From contig CP068257.2 of assembly GCA_009914755.4 (NCBI GenBank), positions 8,960,001-9,024,000 on the forward strand: a DNA stretch of 64,000 nucleotides, read 5' to 3'. Both the position numbers and the translations under genes were made by a program. A model generated the notes under the pieces. It searched no databases and was not told the origin of the DNA. It saw only the letters and a program-made list of their open reading frames with translations. This DNA is from the human T2T-CHM13v2.0 reference genome, Homo sapiens. Shown in pieces: positions 1 to 16,100 of the stretch (positions within the stretch are counted from its first letter, which is position 1; every line of letters begins with the position of its first letter).

Positions 1-460
1 CATCTCCGCTGCACCGCATTCCATTTGATTGCTTAGGATACCATTCGATTCCATTCCATTTGATCCATTCCATTCGATTCCATTCCTTATGATTACTTTC
101 CATTCGATTCCATTCAATTTGATTCCATCCATTCAATTGCATTCCATTCAATTCCATTCCATTCTAGTCCATTCCATTCCATTGCATTCCAATACATTCC
201 ATTACATACCACTCCATTCCACTCCACTCCACTCCAATCCACCCCGTTCACTTCCATTCCTACCTATTCCATTTAATTCCACTCCATTCTACTTCCCTCT
301 ACTCCTTTCCATTCCATTCCTTTCCATCCCATTCCATTCCACTCCATTGCACTCCAATCCTCTCCCTTTTTACTGCTTCCCATTCGATTCCAGTCGATGT
401 CATTCGATTCCATTCCGTTCAATTCCATTCCATTCAATTCCATGATATTCAATTCCATTC
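1..460 (+). repeat. Block homologous to 19665-20125, with the related motif CTTAGGAT[AG]CC also found at the array edge (62712-62735).
   Basis: gcattccatttgatt[gt]cttaggatacc[at]ttcgattccattccatt...tttgattactttcc...ccactccaatccac[ct]ccgttc[at]cttccattcctacc[ct][ag]ttccatt is shared at an offset of about 19,665. 62712-62790 (ctttaggatgccattcgattccattccattccatccattccattcgattccattcc) matches positions 25-95. Confidence 0.65.
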
Positions 461-3400
461 CATTCGAGTCCATGCAATTCCATTCCATTCCACTCCAATC
501 CACTAAACTCCACTTCACTCCACTTCACTCCACTCCATTCCTTTCCATTCCATTCCATTCCATTCCCTTACATTCCACTCCACTCCATTCCTTTCCACTC
601 CCCTCCAGTCCACTCCATTCCATTCCATGCCATTCCATTGCATGCAACTCCACTCTATGCCACTCCTCTCCACTACTCTCTGTTCAATTCCTTTACTTCC
701 CTTTCCATTCTATTCCACTCCCTTCCACTCCACTCGACTCCAATCCATTCTTTCCATTCATCCACCTTCCATTCCACTCCGTTCCACTCCAATCCACTCC
801 ACTCCACTTCATCGCCTACTATTCGATTCCACTCGATGCCATATGATTCCATTCCATTCGATTCCATTTCATTCCATTCAATTCCTTTCAATTTGATTCC
901 ATTTCATTTGATTCCATTCCTTTTGAGCCCATTACATTTGATTCCACTCCATTCCATTCCATTCCAGTCCAGTCCATTCCATTCGACTCCATTCCACTCC
1001 ACTCCACTAAACTCCGTTCCATTCCAATCCTTCCAATTCCATTCCATTCCACCCCATTCAACTCCACTCCACTCCACCCCATTTTTTTCCATTTCCCCAC
1101 ATTCCATTCCATTCCATTCCAATCCTCTCCTCTTCAACATATTCCATTTGATCTCATTCGATGCCATTAGATTCCATTCCATTCAATTCCATTACATTTC
1201 ATTGCATTCCAGTCCACTCCCATCCACTCCACTCCACTGCATTCCATTCCATTCCAATCCACTCCACTCCACTTTATTCCACTGCACTCCACTCCAATCC
1301 ATTCCACTCCACTCCACTCCATTCCATTCCACTCCACTCCACGCCACTCCACTCTACTCCATTCCATTCCATTGCATTGCTCTCCACTCCACTCCACTCC
1401 ATTCCATTGCATTCCACTCCAATCCACTCCACTCCCATCTATTCCTTTTGATTCCATTGCATTCTATTCCACTCAACTCCACTCCATTCCATTCCATTCC
1501 ATCCCTTGTCTTTCCATTCCATTGCACTCCATTCCACTCCACTCAACACCACTCCATTAAATTACATTACACCCCATTCCATTCCACTCTCTTCCACTTC
1601 ACTCCCGTCCACTTCACCAATTTCCATTCGATTCCATTTGAAGACATTCTATTGCATTCCATTCGATTCAATTCCATTCGATTTCATTCCATTTGATTCC
1701 ATTCCATTCGAGTCCATTCCATTCGTATCCTTTCCATTCCATTCCATTCTATTCCATTCCATTCCATTTCATTCCATTCCACTCCACTAAACTCCACTCC
1801 ACACCACTCCTTTCATTTCTGTACTTTCCCTTTAAAATCCATTCCAGTCTATTCCACTCCACTCCACTCCATTCAATTCTGCTACACCCCATTACATTCC
1901 ACTCCATTTCTCTTTACTCGACTCCATTTCACCACTTTCCTTTCGATTCTGTTCCATGCCATTAGATTCCATTCCACTCGATTGCATTCCATTTGAATTT
2001 ATTCCATTTGACTCCATTACATATGATTCTATTCCATTAGAGTCCATTCTATAGGAGTCCATTCTATTCCATTCCATTCCATTACATTATATTCCAGTAT
2101 ACTCCACTCCACTCCATTCCATTCCATTGCATTTCATTCCACTCCACTCCACTCCATTCCATTCCATTGTATTCTGTTCCATTGTGTTCCATTCCAATCC
2201 ATTCCATTCCATTCCATACGACTCCATTCCATAGCATTCGTTTCCATTGCATTGCATTCCTTTCCATTCCATTGCAATCCACTCCACTCCACTCCACTCT
2301 ACTCCATGGCATTGACTCGATTCCATTCTGCTCCACTCCATTCCACTCCACTGCACTCCTCCCCATTCCCCTCCATTCCACTCCACTCCACTCCACTCCA
2401 CATCACTCAATTCCATTCCATTCAATTGCATTCCATTCCATACTACTTCACTCCACTCCACTCTACTCCATTCAATTCCATTCCATTACATTCAACTCCA
2501 CTCTACTCCACTTTGTTCAGTTCTCTTCCTTCCCATTCCATTTCATTCTAGTCGATTCCAATCCACTCCTCTCGTATCCATTCAATTCTATTCCACCCCA
2601 TTCCATTCCACTCCATTCCATTCCATTTCACTCCAATTCACCTCATTCCTTTCGATTCCAGTCGATGCCAGTAGATTCCATTAAATTGGATTCCATTACA
2701 ATTGTTTCCATTCCATTCAATTCTATTCTGTTCGATTCCAGTCCATTTGATTCTGTTCCATTAGATTGCATTTCATTTGATTCCATTCCATTCGCATCCA
2801 TTCCATTTGAGACCATTCCATTCTGGTCCATTCCATTCGGGTCTATTCCATTCGAGTTCATTCCATTCCATTCCATTCTATTCCATTCCTTTCCCCACCC
2901 TTGCATTCCCTTCCCTTCCGTTTCATTCCACTCCACTCCATTCCACTACAATCCATTCCATTCCACTATATTCCACTCCATTCCACTCCATTCCACTCCA
3001 TTCCATTCCATTCCACTCAACTCCACTTTACTGTACTTTGTTCAATTCCATTCCTTCCTATTCCATTCCATTCCAGTCTATTCCACTCCACTCCACTCCA
3101 TTGCAGTCAATTCCATTCCACCCTAATCCATTCCACTCCACTTCGCCACATGACATTTGACTCCATTCGATGCCATTTGATTTTATATGTTTCCATTCCT
3201 TGCCATACAATTCAATTCCATTCCATTCTATTCCATTTTTTGATTCCATTCCATTCGATTCCATTCCATTCCATTCTATTCAATTTGATTCCATTCCTTT
3301 CAAGTCCATTCCATTCCATTCTGTTCAATTACTTTCCATTTGATTCCCTTCCATTCCATTCCATTCCATTCCAATTCATTCCATTCCATACCGTACAATT

Positions 3401-6400
3401 ACATTCAATCCCATTCCATTCCATTCAACTGCATTCCATTCCATTCCATGTCATTTGAATGCATTCCATTCCAGTGCATTCCATTCGAGTCCATTCCAAT
3501 CCACTCCATTCCACTCCACTCCATAAATTTCCACTCAATTCCACTCCATTCCATTCCATTCCATTCCATTCCATTCCATTCCACTCAACTACACTGCACT
3601 CCACTCCATTCAATTCCATTCCTTCCCCTTCCATTCCTTTCCACTCCTTTTCAACTCACCCCAATTCAATCTTTTCAATTCCTTTCCACCCCATTGCATT
3701 CCACTCCATTGCACTCCACTTCAATGCATTGTGTTCCATTGCATGCGATGTCTTTTGATTCCATTCAATTCCATTCAATGCCATTCCATTCCATTCTATT
3801 CCATTCTAATCCATTCCATTCAATTCCTTTCCATTCGATTCCATTCCATTTGACTCCACTCCATTCTATTCCTTTCCATTCCATTATATTCCATTCAATT
3901 CCTTTCCATTCGATTCCATTTGATTCCACTCCATTTCATTAGAATCCATTCCTTTGAATTCCATTACATTCTAATCCATTCCATTACATTCCGTTCCATT
4001 CCATTGCTTTCCATTGCATTCCATTGCATTCCATTTCATTCCATACCTTTCGAATCCATTCCATTGGATTCCATTCCATTGGAGTTCATTCCATTCCAGC
4101 CTTTTCCATTCGAGTTATTTCCATTCCATTCGATTCCATTCCACTCGATTCCATTCCACTCGATTCCATACCATTCGATTACATTCCATTCAATGGCAGT
4201 GCATTCCATTGCATTCCAATCGTGTCCTTTCCATTCCAGTCCATTCCATTCGAGTCCACTTCCCTCCCCCTCACCACACTCCATTCGATTTCAATCGATG
4301 CCATATTATTCCATTCCATTTGATTCCATTCCATTCAAGTCCATTGCATTCCATTCCACTGCATTCCTTGCCACTGAACTCCACTCCACTCCATTCCAAT
4401 ACACTCCACTCCATCCTCTCCACTCCACTCCAATCCACTCCATTCCATTCTATTTCACTCGCCTCCACTCCAATCCATTCCATTCCATTGAATTCCACTC
4501 CATTCCACTCCTCTGCACTCCACTCCATTACTTTCGATTCCATTGCACTTCCCTCAACTCAACTCCGCTCCACTACGTTCAATTCCATTCCTTCCCTTTC
4601 CATTCCATTGCACTCCAATCCACTCCACTCCAATCCTTTTGAATACATTCCACCCATTCCATTCCACTTCATTCCACTTCACTCCACTCAACTTCACCGC
4701 ATTCCATTCGATTCCATTAAATTATATTTGATGCAATTAGATTCCATTCCGTTTGATTTCATTCCATTCGATTCCATTCCATTCGAGTCCATTCCTTTCG
4801 AATCCTTTCCATTCCATTCCGTTGCATTCCATTCCATTTCATTGCATTCGACACCACCTCACTCCATTCCACACCACTCTGTTCAATTACTTTCTTTCCT
4901 TTCCAGTACATTCCACTCCATTCCACTCCACTCCACTCCATTCTATTCCATTACACCCCATTGCATTCCACTTCATTCCACTGCACTCCTCTTTACCACA
5001 TTCCATTCGATTCCATTCGATGCCTTTCGTTTCCATTCCATTTGACTCCACTCCGTTCGATTTCATTCCATTCGAGTCCATTCTGTTCGAGTCCATTCCA
5101 TTCAATTCCACTACATTTGATTCCATTCCATTCCATTCCATTCCATTGCATTCCATTCCATTCCATTCCATTCCACTCCACTCCATTCCATTAAATTCCA
5201 TTCCATTCTATCCCACTCCCCTCCAGTACACTCAACTCCAATCCATTCCATTCCACAAAACTCCATTCCAGTCCACTCCACTCCGCTAATCTCCATTCCA
5301 TTCCATTCCACTCCACTCCACTCCATTCCATTCCATTCCATTGCATTTCACTCCAGTGTACTCCACTCCATTTCATTCCATTCCATTGCAATCAGTTCCA
5401 TTCCATTTCATTTCCAATCCATTCCATTCCATTCTGTTCCCTTCCATTTGATTCCATTCCATTCCATTCGATTCCTTTGCATTCCATTCCATTCCACTCC
5501 ATTCCACTCCACTCAAATCCACTCCACTCCATTCCTCTCCATTCCATTCCACTCCTCTCCATTCCACTCCACTCCCCTCCTCCCAGTTCCACTCCATTCC
5601 AATCGACTCCACTCCTCACCATTGCACATCTGTCCATTCCATTCATTTGCATTCCACTCCAGTCCAATTTTCTCCACTCCACTCCTCTCCACTCCATTCC
5701 ATTCCACTCTACTCCAATCCGTTCAATTCTATTACTTCCCATTGCATTCCATTACACTCGATTCCAGTCCACTCCACTCTTATACATTCAATTCCAATCC
5801 AACACATTCCATTCCACTCCATTTCAATCCTCTCCACTCCACTTCACCGCATTCCATTCGATTCTATTCGATGCCAATCGATTCCTTTCCATTCAATTCC
5901 ATTTCTTTTGGTTCCATTCCATTCGACTCCATTCCATTCAATTCCATTCCACTCCATTCCATTCGATTCCATTCCAATAGATTGCATTCCATTTGATTCC
6001 ATTCTATTCTAGTATACTCCATTCCAGTCCTTTCCATTCCAGTCCATTATATTCGGGTCCATTCCATTCGAGTCCATTCCATTCCACTCCACTGCATTCC
6101 ACTCCACTAGATTCCATTCCACTCCATTCCACTCTATTCCACTCCATTCCATTCCATTCCACTCAATTCCACTCCACTCCACTCCATTCAATTCCATGCC
6201 ACTACTTTCCATTCCACTCCATTCCTTTCCACTCCACTCCACTTCACTCCATTTCGCCACACTCCATTCGTTTCCATTCGATGCCATTCGATTCCTGTCC
6301 ATACAATTCCATTACATTCCAGTCCATTCCATTCCATTCATTACATTCCACTGCACTCCACTGCACTCCTCTCCATTTGATTCCATTCCATTCTATTCCA

Positions 6401-7399
6401 CTCCACTCCACTCCATTCCACTCCAATCCATTCCACTCTCCTCCACACCAATCCACTCCAACTGACTCCACTCTGTTCCATTCCACTCCATTCCATGACA
6501 CCCCACTACACTCCATTCCTTTCCATTGCATTACACTCCACGCCACTTCACTCCTCTCCTCTCAATTCCATTACATTGCATTAAACTCCACTGCACACCA
6601 CTGCATTCCTTTCGGTTCCATTGCATTACCCTACACTGAACTCCACTCCACACTGTTCAATTCCATTCCTTCCCATTACATTCCACTGCACTCCATTCCA
6701 CTCCACTCCAATCCATTCAGTTACATTCTCCCCCATTCCATTCCACTCCATTCCACTTCACTCCACTTCACCATATTCCATTCGATTCCTTTCGATTCCA
6801 TTCAATGCCGTTCGGTTCCATTCCATTTGATTCCATTCAATTCCATTCCATTCCATTCCATTCCATTCCATTCCATTCCATTCCACTGCACACCACTACA
6901 TTCCTTTCAATTCCATTCCTTCCCTTTCCAATCCATTCCACTGCATTCCACTCCACTGCACTTCACCTCATTCCATTCAATTCCGTTCGATGCCATCCAG
7001 TTCCATTCCACTCAATGGCAATCCATTCGAATCCATTCAATTTGACTCCTTTCCGAATGTTTCCATTTCTTTCGAGTCCATTCTGTTCGAATCTATTGCA
7101 TTCCAGTCCATTCCATTCAATTCCATTCCATTCTACTCTATTCCATTTCATTCCGTTCCATTCCACTCCACTCAACTCCTCTCTATTCCATTCCATTCCA
7201 TTCTATCCCACTCCAGTGCAGTTCACTTGAATCTACTCCATTCCATTCCACTCCACTCCATTCCATTCCACTCGTTTCCTTTGCATTTCACTCCACTGCA
7301 CTCCACTCCAATCCAATCCATTCCATTCCTTTCCATTGCATTTGTTTCCTTTCTGTTCCATTCCAATCCTTTCCATTCCATTCCATTACATTCTATTCC

Positions 7400-9000
7400 T
7401 TTTCATTTTATTCAATTCCATTCCATTCCACTCCATTCCACTCCACTCCAACCACTCCACTCCATTCCACTCCATTGCATTGCACTCCACTCCATTCCAC
7501 TCCACTCCACTGCACATCACTCCATTCCATTCCATTCAATTGCATTTGACTCCACTCCTCTTCACTCCACTCCACTCCACTAAACTCCATTTCATTCCAT
7601 TCCATTCCATTCCATTCCAATCCACTTCACTCCACTTTGTTCAATTCCTTTCCTTCCCATTCCATTCCTTTCCAGTCCATTCTGTTCCATTCCATTTCAT
7701 TCCACTCCATTCCAATCCACTCCACTCCACTCCATTCTATTCCATTCCACAACATTCCATTCCACTCTCTTCAACTCCACTCCACTCCACTTCACTCCAC
7801 TTCAATGCACTGCATTCGATTCCATGCAATGCCATTCGATTCCTAGCCATTGGATTCCATTCCATTCCATTCCATTCATTGCATTCCACTCCACTCCACT
7901 CCTCTCCCTTTGATTCCATTCCATTCCATTCCACTCCACTCCACTCCATGCGACTCCTCTCCATTTCACTCCACTCCACTATAATCCACTCCTACCGACT
8001 CCACTCTATTCCATTCCACACCACCCCATGCCACCCCACTCCACTCCGTTGGATTCCATTGCCTTCCACTCCATGCCACCTCACTCCACTCCACTCCACT
8101 GCACATCACTCCATTCCATTCCATTCAATTGCATTACCCACCACTCCATTTCACTCCACTCCATTCCACTCCATTCCATTCCATTCCATTGCATTCCTCT
8201 CCACTCCACTCCTCTCTGTTCAATTCTATTCCTTCTCATTCCATTCCATTTCAATCCAGTTTGATTCCGTTGCATTTGATTCCATTCCATTCCAGTCCAT
8301 TCCATTATAGTAGCTTCCATGCGGTTCCTTTCCTTTCGAGTCTATTCCATTCCATTCCATTCCATTCCCTTGCCTTCCATTCCCTTCCTTTCCCTTCCAT
8401 TTCATTCCACTCCACTACAGTCCGCTCCACTATATTTCTTTCCTCTCCATATCACTCCATTCCACTCCATTCCATTGCTTTCCATTCCACTCAATTCCAC
8501 TTCACTCCACTTTGTTCAATTCCATTCCTTCACATTCCATTCCATTCCATTCCATTCCATTCCATTCCATTCCATTCCATTCCATTCTATTCTATTCCAT
8601 TCCATTCCTTTCCATTCTTTTCCTTTCCATATCATTCCACTCCTGTCTACTCCATTCCATTCCATTCCATTCCATAACTTTCCATGCCACTGCATTCCAC
8701 TCCAATCTGCTCCACTCCACACAATTCCATTCCATTCCACTCCATTACACTCCACTCCACTCCACCACATTCAATTCCATTCCACCCCATTCCATTCCAC
8801 TTCACTCCACATAACCGCATTCCATTCGATTTCATTCCATGCCTTTAGATTCCATTCCATTTGGTTCCATTCCATTTGATTCCATTCCTTTCGAGTACAT
8901 TCCATTCCATTCTGTTCTATTCCATTCCAATCGATTCCATTGCATTCAATTGCATTGCATTCCATTCGATTCAATTCCCTTCACTTCCATTCCATTTGAT
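7400..9000 (+). repeat. Segment homologous to 21000-22600, offset about 13.6 kb.
   Basis: CCACTGCACATCACT[CG]CATTCCATTCCATTCAATTGC occurs at 7485 and 8100 and again at 21100. TGTTCAATTC[CT][TA]TTCCTTCCCATTCCATTCCTTTCCAGTC[CG]ATTC occurs at 7628 and at 21215. ccacttcactccacataac[ct]gcattccattcgatttcattc occurs at 8808 and at 22496. Confidence 0.65.
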
Positions 9001-10103
9001 TCCAATCCATTAGAGTCCATTCAATTGCAATCCATTCTATTCGAGGCCATTCCATTCCAGTCCATTCCATTTGATTCTATTACATTCGATTCTCTTCCAT
9101 ACTATTGCATTCCATTCGATTCCATTCCATTTGATTCCATTCCTTTCAAGTCTATTACTTTCGAGTCCATTGATTTAGAGTCTATTCCATTCGAGTCCAT
9201 TTCATTCGAGTTGACTCTCTTCCTTTCCATTACATTCGAGTCCATTCCATTCCATTCCATTCCATTGTAGTCCATTCCATTTCATTACATTCCATTGTAT
9301 TTGATTCTGTTCCGTTCCATTCCATTTCATACAATTCAAGGCCATTGCTTTCGATTCTATTCCATTCGAGTCCATTACATTCGACTCCATTCCACTCGGG
9401 TCCATTCCATTCCATTCCACTCCAATCCACTCCACTCCATTCCATTCCTCTCTACTCCATTCCATTCCACTTTATTACACTCCCCTACACTCCACTTCAC
9501 CACATTCCATTCAATTCCATTCAGTGCCATTTTATTCCACTCCATTCGAATCCGTTTCTATCGATTGCATTCCATTTAGTTTGTGTCCATATGGTTCCAT
9601 TCCATTCAATTCCATTTTGTTAGATTCCATTCCATTCAAGTCCATTCCTTTCCATTCCATTCCATTCCACTCTGTTCCATTCTGTTCAAATCCATTTCTT
9701 TCAATTCCATTTCATTTGGGTCCATTCCTTTCCATTCCATTCCATTTCATTCCATTCCATTCCATTCGAGTGCATTCTATTCCATGCCATTCCTTTCGAG
9801 TCTATTCCATTCCACTCCATTCCACTCCATTCCACTCCATTCCATTCCATTCCACTCCATTCCACTTCACTCCATTCCACTCCATTCCACTCCATTCAAT
9901 TCCGTTCTACCCCATTCCATTCCACTCCATTCCACTCCACTCCAGTGTACTTCACCCCATTCTATTTGATGCCATTTGATTCCATTCGATTCCATTCGAT
10001 GCCATTCGATTTCATTCCATTTGATTCCATTACATTTGATTCCAATCCATTCGACTCCATTCCATTTGATAACTTTGGATTAGATTCCATACCATTCGAG
10101 TCT

Positions 10104-10167
10104 ATTCCATTCCATTCCATTCCATTCCATTCCATTCCATTCCATTCCATTCCATTCCATTCCATTC
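10104..10167 (+). repeat. Longest perfect (ATTCC)n run seen, about 13 units.
   Basis: Uninterrupted attccattcc... with no variant pentamer. Similar perfect runs lie at about 8535-8586, 6839-6887, 37168-37234 and 43441-43493. Confidence 0.85.
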
Positions 10168-13100
10168 CGTTTTGTTAGAATCCATTCCATTCGATTCTAT
10201 TCCATTCCAGTCCATTCCGTTCGTGTCCATTCCATTCCAGTCCATTCCATTCGATTCCATTGCATTCCATTCCATTCCATTCGATTGCATTCCATTCGAT
10301 AGCATTCCGTTCTATTCCATTCCACTCAATTCCATTCCGTTCCATTCCACTGCATTCCATTCCACTCCATTCCGTTCGATTCTCTTCCATTTGATTCCAT
10401 TCCATTCGAGTGCATTATTTTCGAGTCCATTCCACTGCAACCCATTCCTTTCGAGTCCATTGCATTCGAGTCAATTCCATTGCAGTCCATTCCATGCGAT
10501 TCCATTCCATTCGATTCCCTTCCATACTATTTCATTCCATTCGTTTCCATTCCATTTTATTCCATTCCATTAGTGTCCATTCCTTTCGATTACATTCCAT
10601 TTGAGTCCATTCCACAGGATTCCTGTCCATTCGAATCCATTCAATTTAATTCCCCTCAGTTCAATTCCTTTCCCTTCAAGTCCATTCTTTTCCATTCCGT
10701 TCCGTTTCATTCTATTCCATTCCGTTCAATTCCATTCCATTTGATTTGATTCAAATCCATTCTATTCCAATTCGCTCCGTTCCATTCCATTCCACTCCAT
10801 TCCATTCCATTCGAGTCCATTCCATTCAATTCCATTCCTTTCGTTTCCATTCCATTACATTTGATTCTATGGTATTCCATTCCTTTCCATTCCATTCCAT
10901 TCCATTCGTGTGAATTCCATTCCTGTCCATTCAATTCAATTCCATTCCATTCCACTGCATTCCACACCATTCCACACCATTCCATTCCATTCGACTCCAT
11001 TCCACTCCACTCTACTCCTCTCGATTCAATTCCATTCCACCTCATTCCATTCTTCTGCATTCCACTGCACTCCACTTCACAGCATTCCATTCGATATCAC
11101 TTGATTCTATTCGATTCCATTGGATGCCATTCGATTCCATTCCATTCGTTTCCATTCCAATCAACTCCATTACGTTTGATTCCATTCTTTCGATTCCATT
11201 CCATTCGTGTCCATGCCATTCCATTCCTTTCCATTCCATTCCATTCCATTCCATTCCATTCGATTCCATTCCCTTGTATTCCATTGCTTTCCAGTCCATT
11301 TTATTCGAGTCCATTCCATTCCATTCAATTTCATTACTTTCAATTCCATTCTGTTAGTTTCAATTCCATCTGAATCCATTCCATTCCGTTCCTATCTACT
11401 CCAATCCATTCCATTCCATTCCAGTCCACGTCATTCAATTCCACTCAATTCCACTCCATTTCAATCCATTCCATTTGATTCCATTTCATTACATTCTATT
11501 CCACTCCACTCCACTGCACTCCACTGCATTCAATTCCATTACTAACAATTCCATTCGATTCCACTTCATTCCACTACACTCCACTCCATTCAATTCCTTT
11601 CCACATCATTCGACTCCACACCGTTCCACTGCCATCCAGTCCCCTTCACTGCACTCCATTCGATTCCATTCATTGCCATTCGATTCCTTTCCATTCGATA
11701 CCATTCCATTCGTGTCCATTCCATTCCATTACATTTCATTGCATTCCACTCTACTTCACTCCACTCCACACCACTCCAATCCATTCCATTCCATTCCTTT
11801 CCACTCCCCTCCATTCCATTCAATTCCACTCCACTCCACTACAATCCACCTCACTCTACTCCAGTACCTTCTATTATATTACACTCCACGCCACTCTACT
11901 CCATTCCATTCCAGTGCATTCCACTCATGTCCACTCCACTCCACTCCATTCAAATCCATTCTTTCTCCTTCCATTCCATTCCACTCCATTCCATTCCACT
12001 CTGTTCCATTCCTTTCAATTCCATTCCACCCCACTGAATTCCACTCCATTCCACTCCACTCCACTTCACCGCATTGCTTTCGATTCCATTCAATGCCATT
12101 CGTTTCCATTCAATTCCATGCGATGCCATAAATTTCTATTCCTTTCCATTCGAATCCATTCCATTTGATTCCATTCCATTCGTTTCCATTCCATTCGAGT
12201 CCACTCCATTCTATTCTTTTCCACTCCATTGCATTCCTTTCTATTCCATTCTTTTCAATTCCATTCCATTCCATTGGAATCCATTCCATTTGATTCCATT
12301 CCATTGGAGTCCATTCCATTCCAGTCCATTCCATTCGATTCCATTCCATTCCATTCGAATCCATTGCACTCGATTCCTTTCCATTCGATTACTTTCCATT
12401 CAATTGCTTTGCATTTGATTCCATTTCATTCGTGTCCATTACTTTCCAGTCCAATCCTTTCAAGTCCATTTCATTCCAGTCTTCTCCATTTGAATCCATT
12501 CCATTCCAGTCCATTCCATTACAGTCTATTCCTTTCGAGACCATTCCATTCCATTCCAATCGATTCCATTTCATTTGTGTCCATTCCATCTCAGTCCATT
12601 CCATTGCCTTCCATTCCATTCTGTTCTACTCCACTCCACTCCATTCAATTCCATTCCAGTCCATTCCATTCCATTCCACTGAATTCAACTCCATTCCATT
12701 CTATTCCATTCCATTCCATTCCATTGCCTTCCTTTCCACTCCACTTTACTCCACTCCACACTACTCCGTTCAATTCCATTCCTTCCCTTTCCTTTCCATT
12801 CCAATACATTACACTCCACTCCATTGAGTTCCGTTACACCCCATTTCATTCCATTGCATTCCACTCCACTTCACTTCACCGCATTGCATTTGAATCTATT
12901 TGATGCCATTCGATTCCATTCCACTCGATTGCCTTCCATTCAAATCCATTCCAATTGACTCCATTCCATACGATTCCATTCCATTCGAGTCCATTCTATT
13001 CGTGTCCATTTCTTTCCTGTCCATTCCTTTGGATTCCATTCCATTCCACTCCATTCCATTCCATTCCATTCCACTCCACTCCACTCCATTCCATTCCATT

Positions 13101-16100
13101 TGATTCTATCCCACTCCACTCCAATCCACTCCACAGCACTCCATTCCATTCCACTCCACTCCATTCCAGTCCACTCCACTCCACTCAACTCCGGTCCATT
13201 CCACTATACTCCACTCCACTCCATTGCACTCCATTACATTGCATTCAGTTACATTCCATTCTGTTCAATTCCACTCCCTTCCATTCCATTCCAATCCATT
13301 CCATTCCATTATAATCCTTTCGAATGATTCCACTCAATTCTATTCCATTGCATTCCATTCCATTCCATTTCACTCCATTCCACTCCACTCCAACCCACAC
13401 TACTCCATTGCATTCCATTCCATTGCATTCCACTCCATTCCACTCCACTCCACTCCTCCCTGTTCCACTCGATTACACTCCACTCCACTCACTCCACTCC
13501 ACTCCACATCACTCCATTCCATTACATTCAATTGCTTTCCACACCACTCCACTTCACACCACTCCACTCCACTCCACTCCATTCCATTCCAGTTCATTCC
13601 ACTCATTGCATTCCATTCCATTCCATTCCGCCCAACTCCACTTCACTCCGGTTTGATCAATTATCTTCTTTCCCATTCCATTCCATTCCATTCTATTCCA
13701 TTGCATTCTATGGCAATCCACTCCATTCCACTCCACTCGATTCCACTCCACTCCATTCCTTTCCTTTCCATTGCATTACACTCCACTCCACTCCATTCAA
13801 TTCCAGTCCTTCCCATTTCGTTCCATTCAACTCCATTCCACTGCACTCCACTCCACCCCTTTCAATTCCATTCCACCCCATTCCATTCCACTCCATTCCA
13901 TTCCTCTCCACTCCATTTAACCACATACCATTAGATTTCTTTTGATGCCATTTTATTCCGTTCTGTTCGATTCCATTGCGTTTGATTCCATTCCATTCTA
14001 CTCCATTTTATTTGATTCAATTCCATTCGATTCCATTCTGTTCAATTCCATTCCTTTGAGTCTATTCTCTTACATTCCATTCTGTTCGATTCCATTCCAT
14101 TCCATTCCATTCCGATGGATTCCATTCCATTCAATTCCATTCTGTTCAATTCCATTGCATTCCCTTGCATTACATTCCTTTTGATTCCATTCGATTCGAT
14201 TCTGTTCTATTCGATTCCATTCCATTTGAGTCCATTCCATTGCAATGCATTCCATTCGAGTCCATTCCTTTCCAGTCCTCTCCACTCCAGTCCATTCCAT
14301 TCGATTATATTCCATTCGATTCGTTTCCATACTATTGCTTACCAATCGATTTTATTCCAATCGATTCCATTTCTTTCAATTCCATTCCTCTCAAGTCCAT
14401 TCCTTTTGAGTCCGTTCCATTCGATTCCATTCCATACTATTGCTTACCATTCGATTTTATTCCAATCGATTCCATTCTTTTCAATTCCATTCCTCTCGAG
14501 TCCATTCCTTTTGAGTCCATTCCATTCGATTCCATTCCATTTGAGTCCCTTCCATTCTAGCCCATTACATTCCAGTCCATTCTGTTACAGTCTACTCCAT
14601 ACAAGTCCATTCCATTCCATTATTTCCATTCCATTCCATTCCATTCCATACCATTCAAAGCCATTCCTTTCGATTCTATTCCAATCGAGTCCCTTCCATT
14701 TGACTCCATTCCCCTTGAGTCCATTGCATTCCATTCCACTCCAATCCACTCCACTCCATTCCATTCCTCTCCACTCCATTCCATTCCATTCTATTACACT
14801 CCACTTCACTACCCTTCACAGCATTCCATTCAATTCATTCAGTGCAATTTGATTCCATTCCATTCGATTCTATTCCAATCGATTCCATTCCATTCAATTC
14901 CTGTCCATTCGATTCCATTCCATTCAATTCCGTTTTGTTCCATTCCACTACATTTGAGTCAATTCCATTCCATTCCAATCCATTCTATTCCATTCCTTTC
15001 AATTCCATTTCATTCGATTCCATTCTCTTTGGGTGCATTCCTTTCCATTCCATTCCATTCCATTCCATGAGTCCATTCCATTCCCTTCCATTCCTTTACA
15101 GTCTATTCCATTCTGCTTCATTCCACTCCATTCCACACCAATCCAGTCCATTCCATTCCCTTCCACTCCATTCAAATACACCCCATTTCACTTCATTCAA
15201 TTCCATTCCACCGCATTCCATTCCAATCCATTCCACCCCACTCTACTTCCCCGCATTCCATTTGATGCCTTTTGATTTCATTCGATTCCATTCTATGACA
15301 GTGGATTCCATTCCATTTGATTGCATTCCATTCGATTCCATTCTATTAGAGTCCTTCCTTTCAATACTATTCCATTCGAGTACATACCATTCGAGTCCAT
15401 TCCATTGGAGTCCATTCCTTTCCACTCCATTGCATTTAATTCTATTCCATTGTGTTCAATTCCATTCCGTTCGATTGCATTTCATTCCATTCCATTCCAT
15501 TCCATTCCATTCCATTCCATTCCTTTCAATTCCATTCCATTGCATTCCATCCCATCCCATTCCATTCCATTCCATTCGAGTGCATTCCATTCCATTCGAT
15601 TCCATTCCATTCCAATGCATTTCACTCAATTCCACTCCATTACATTTCATTCGATTCCATTCCACTCCATTCCACTCCAATCAATTCAATTCCATTCCAT
15701 TCCACTCCATCCCACTCCACTCCAATTCACTGCATTGCATTTGATACCGTTTGATTCCATTCGATTCCATTCAATGCCATTTGATTCCATTCCGTTAGAT
15801 TCCATTCCATTCGACTCCATTACGTTTGATTCCATTCCTTTCATTTCCATTCCATTCGATTCCATGCCATTCCATACCTTTCCAATCCATTCCATTCCAT
15901 TTCATTTCATTCCGTTCGGTTCGATTGTATTCCGTTCTATTCCATTGTGTTCCAGTCCATTCCATTTTATTCCATCCCATTCCGGTCCCTTCGATTCAAT
16001 TCCATTCTATTTGATTCCATTCCTTTCCATTGCATTCCTTTCGATTCCATTCAATTCAATTCCATTCCCTTCGAGTCCATTACATTCGAGTCCAATCAAT

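Noticed and set aside
8880-9300. Heat-shock elements (nGAAnnTTCn arrays) within CATTCGAATCC/CATTCGAGTCC variants, taken as HSF1 binding sites.
   Set aside because: In TTCGAA the TTC and GAA triplets are adjacent, with no 2-nt spacer, so the canonical alternating nGAAn/nTTCn 5-bp register is not met. I cannot support HSE calls from sequence alone.
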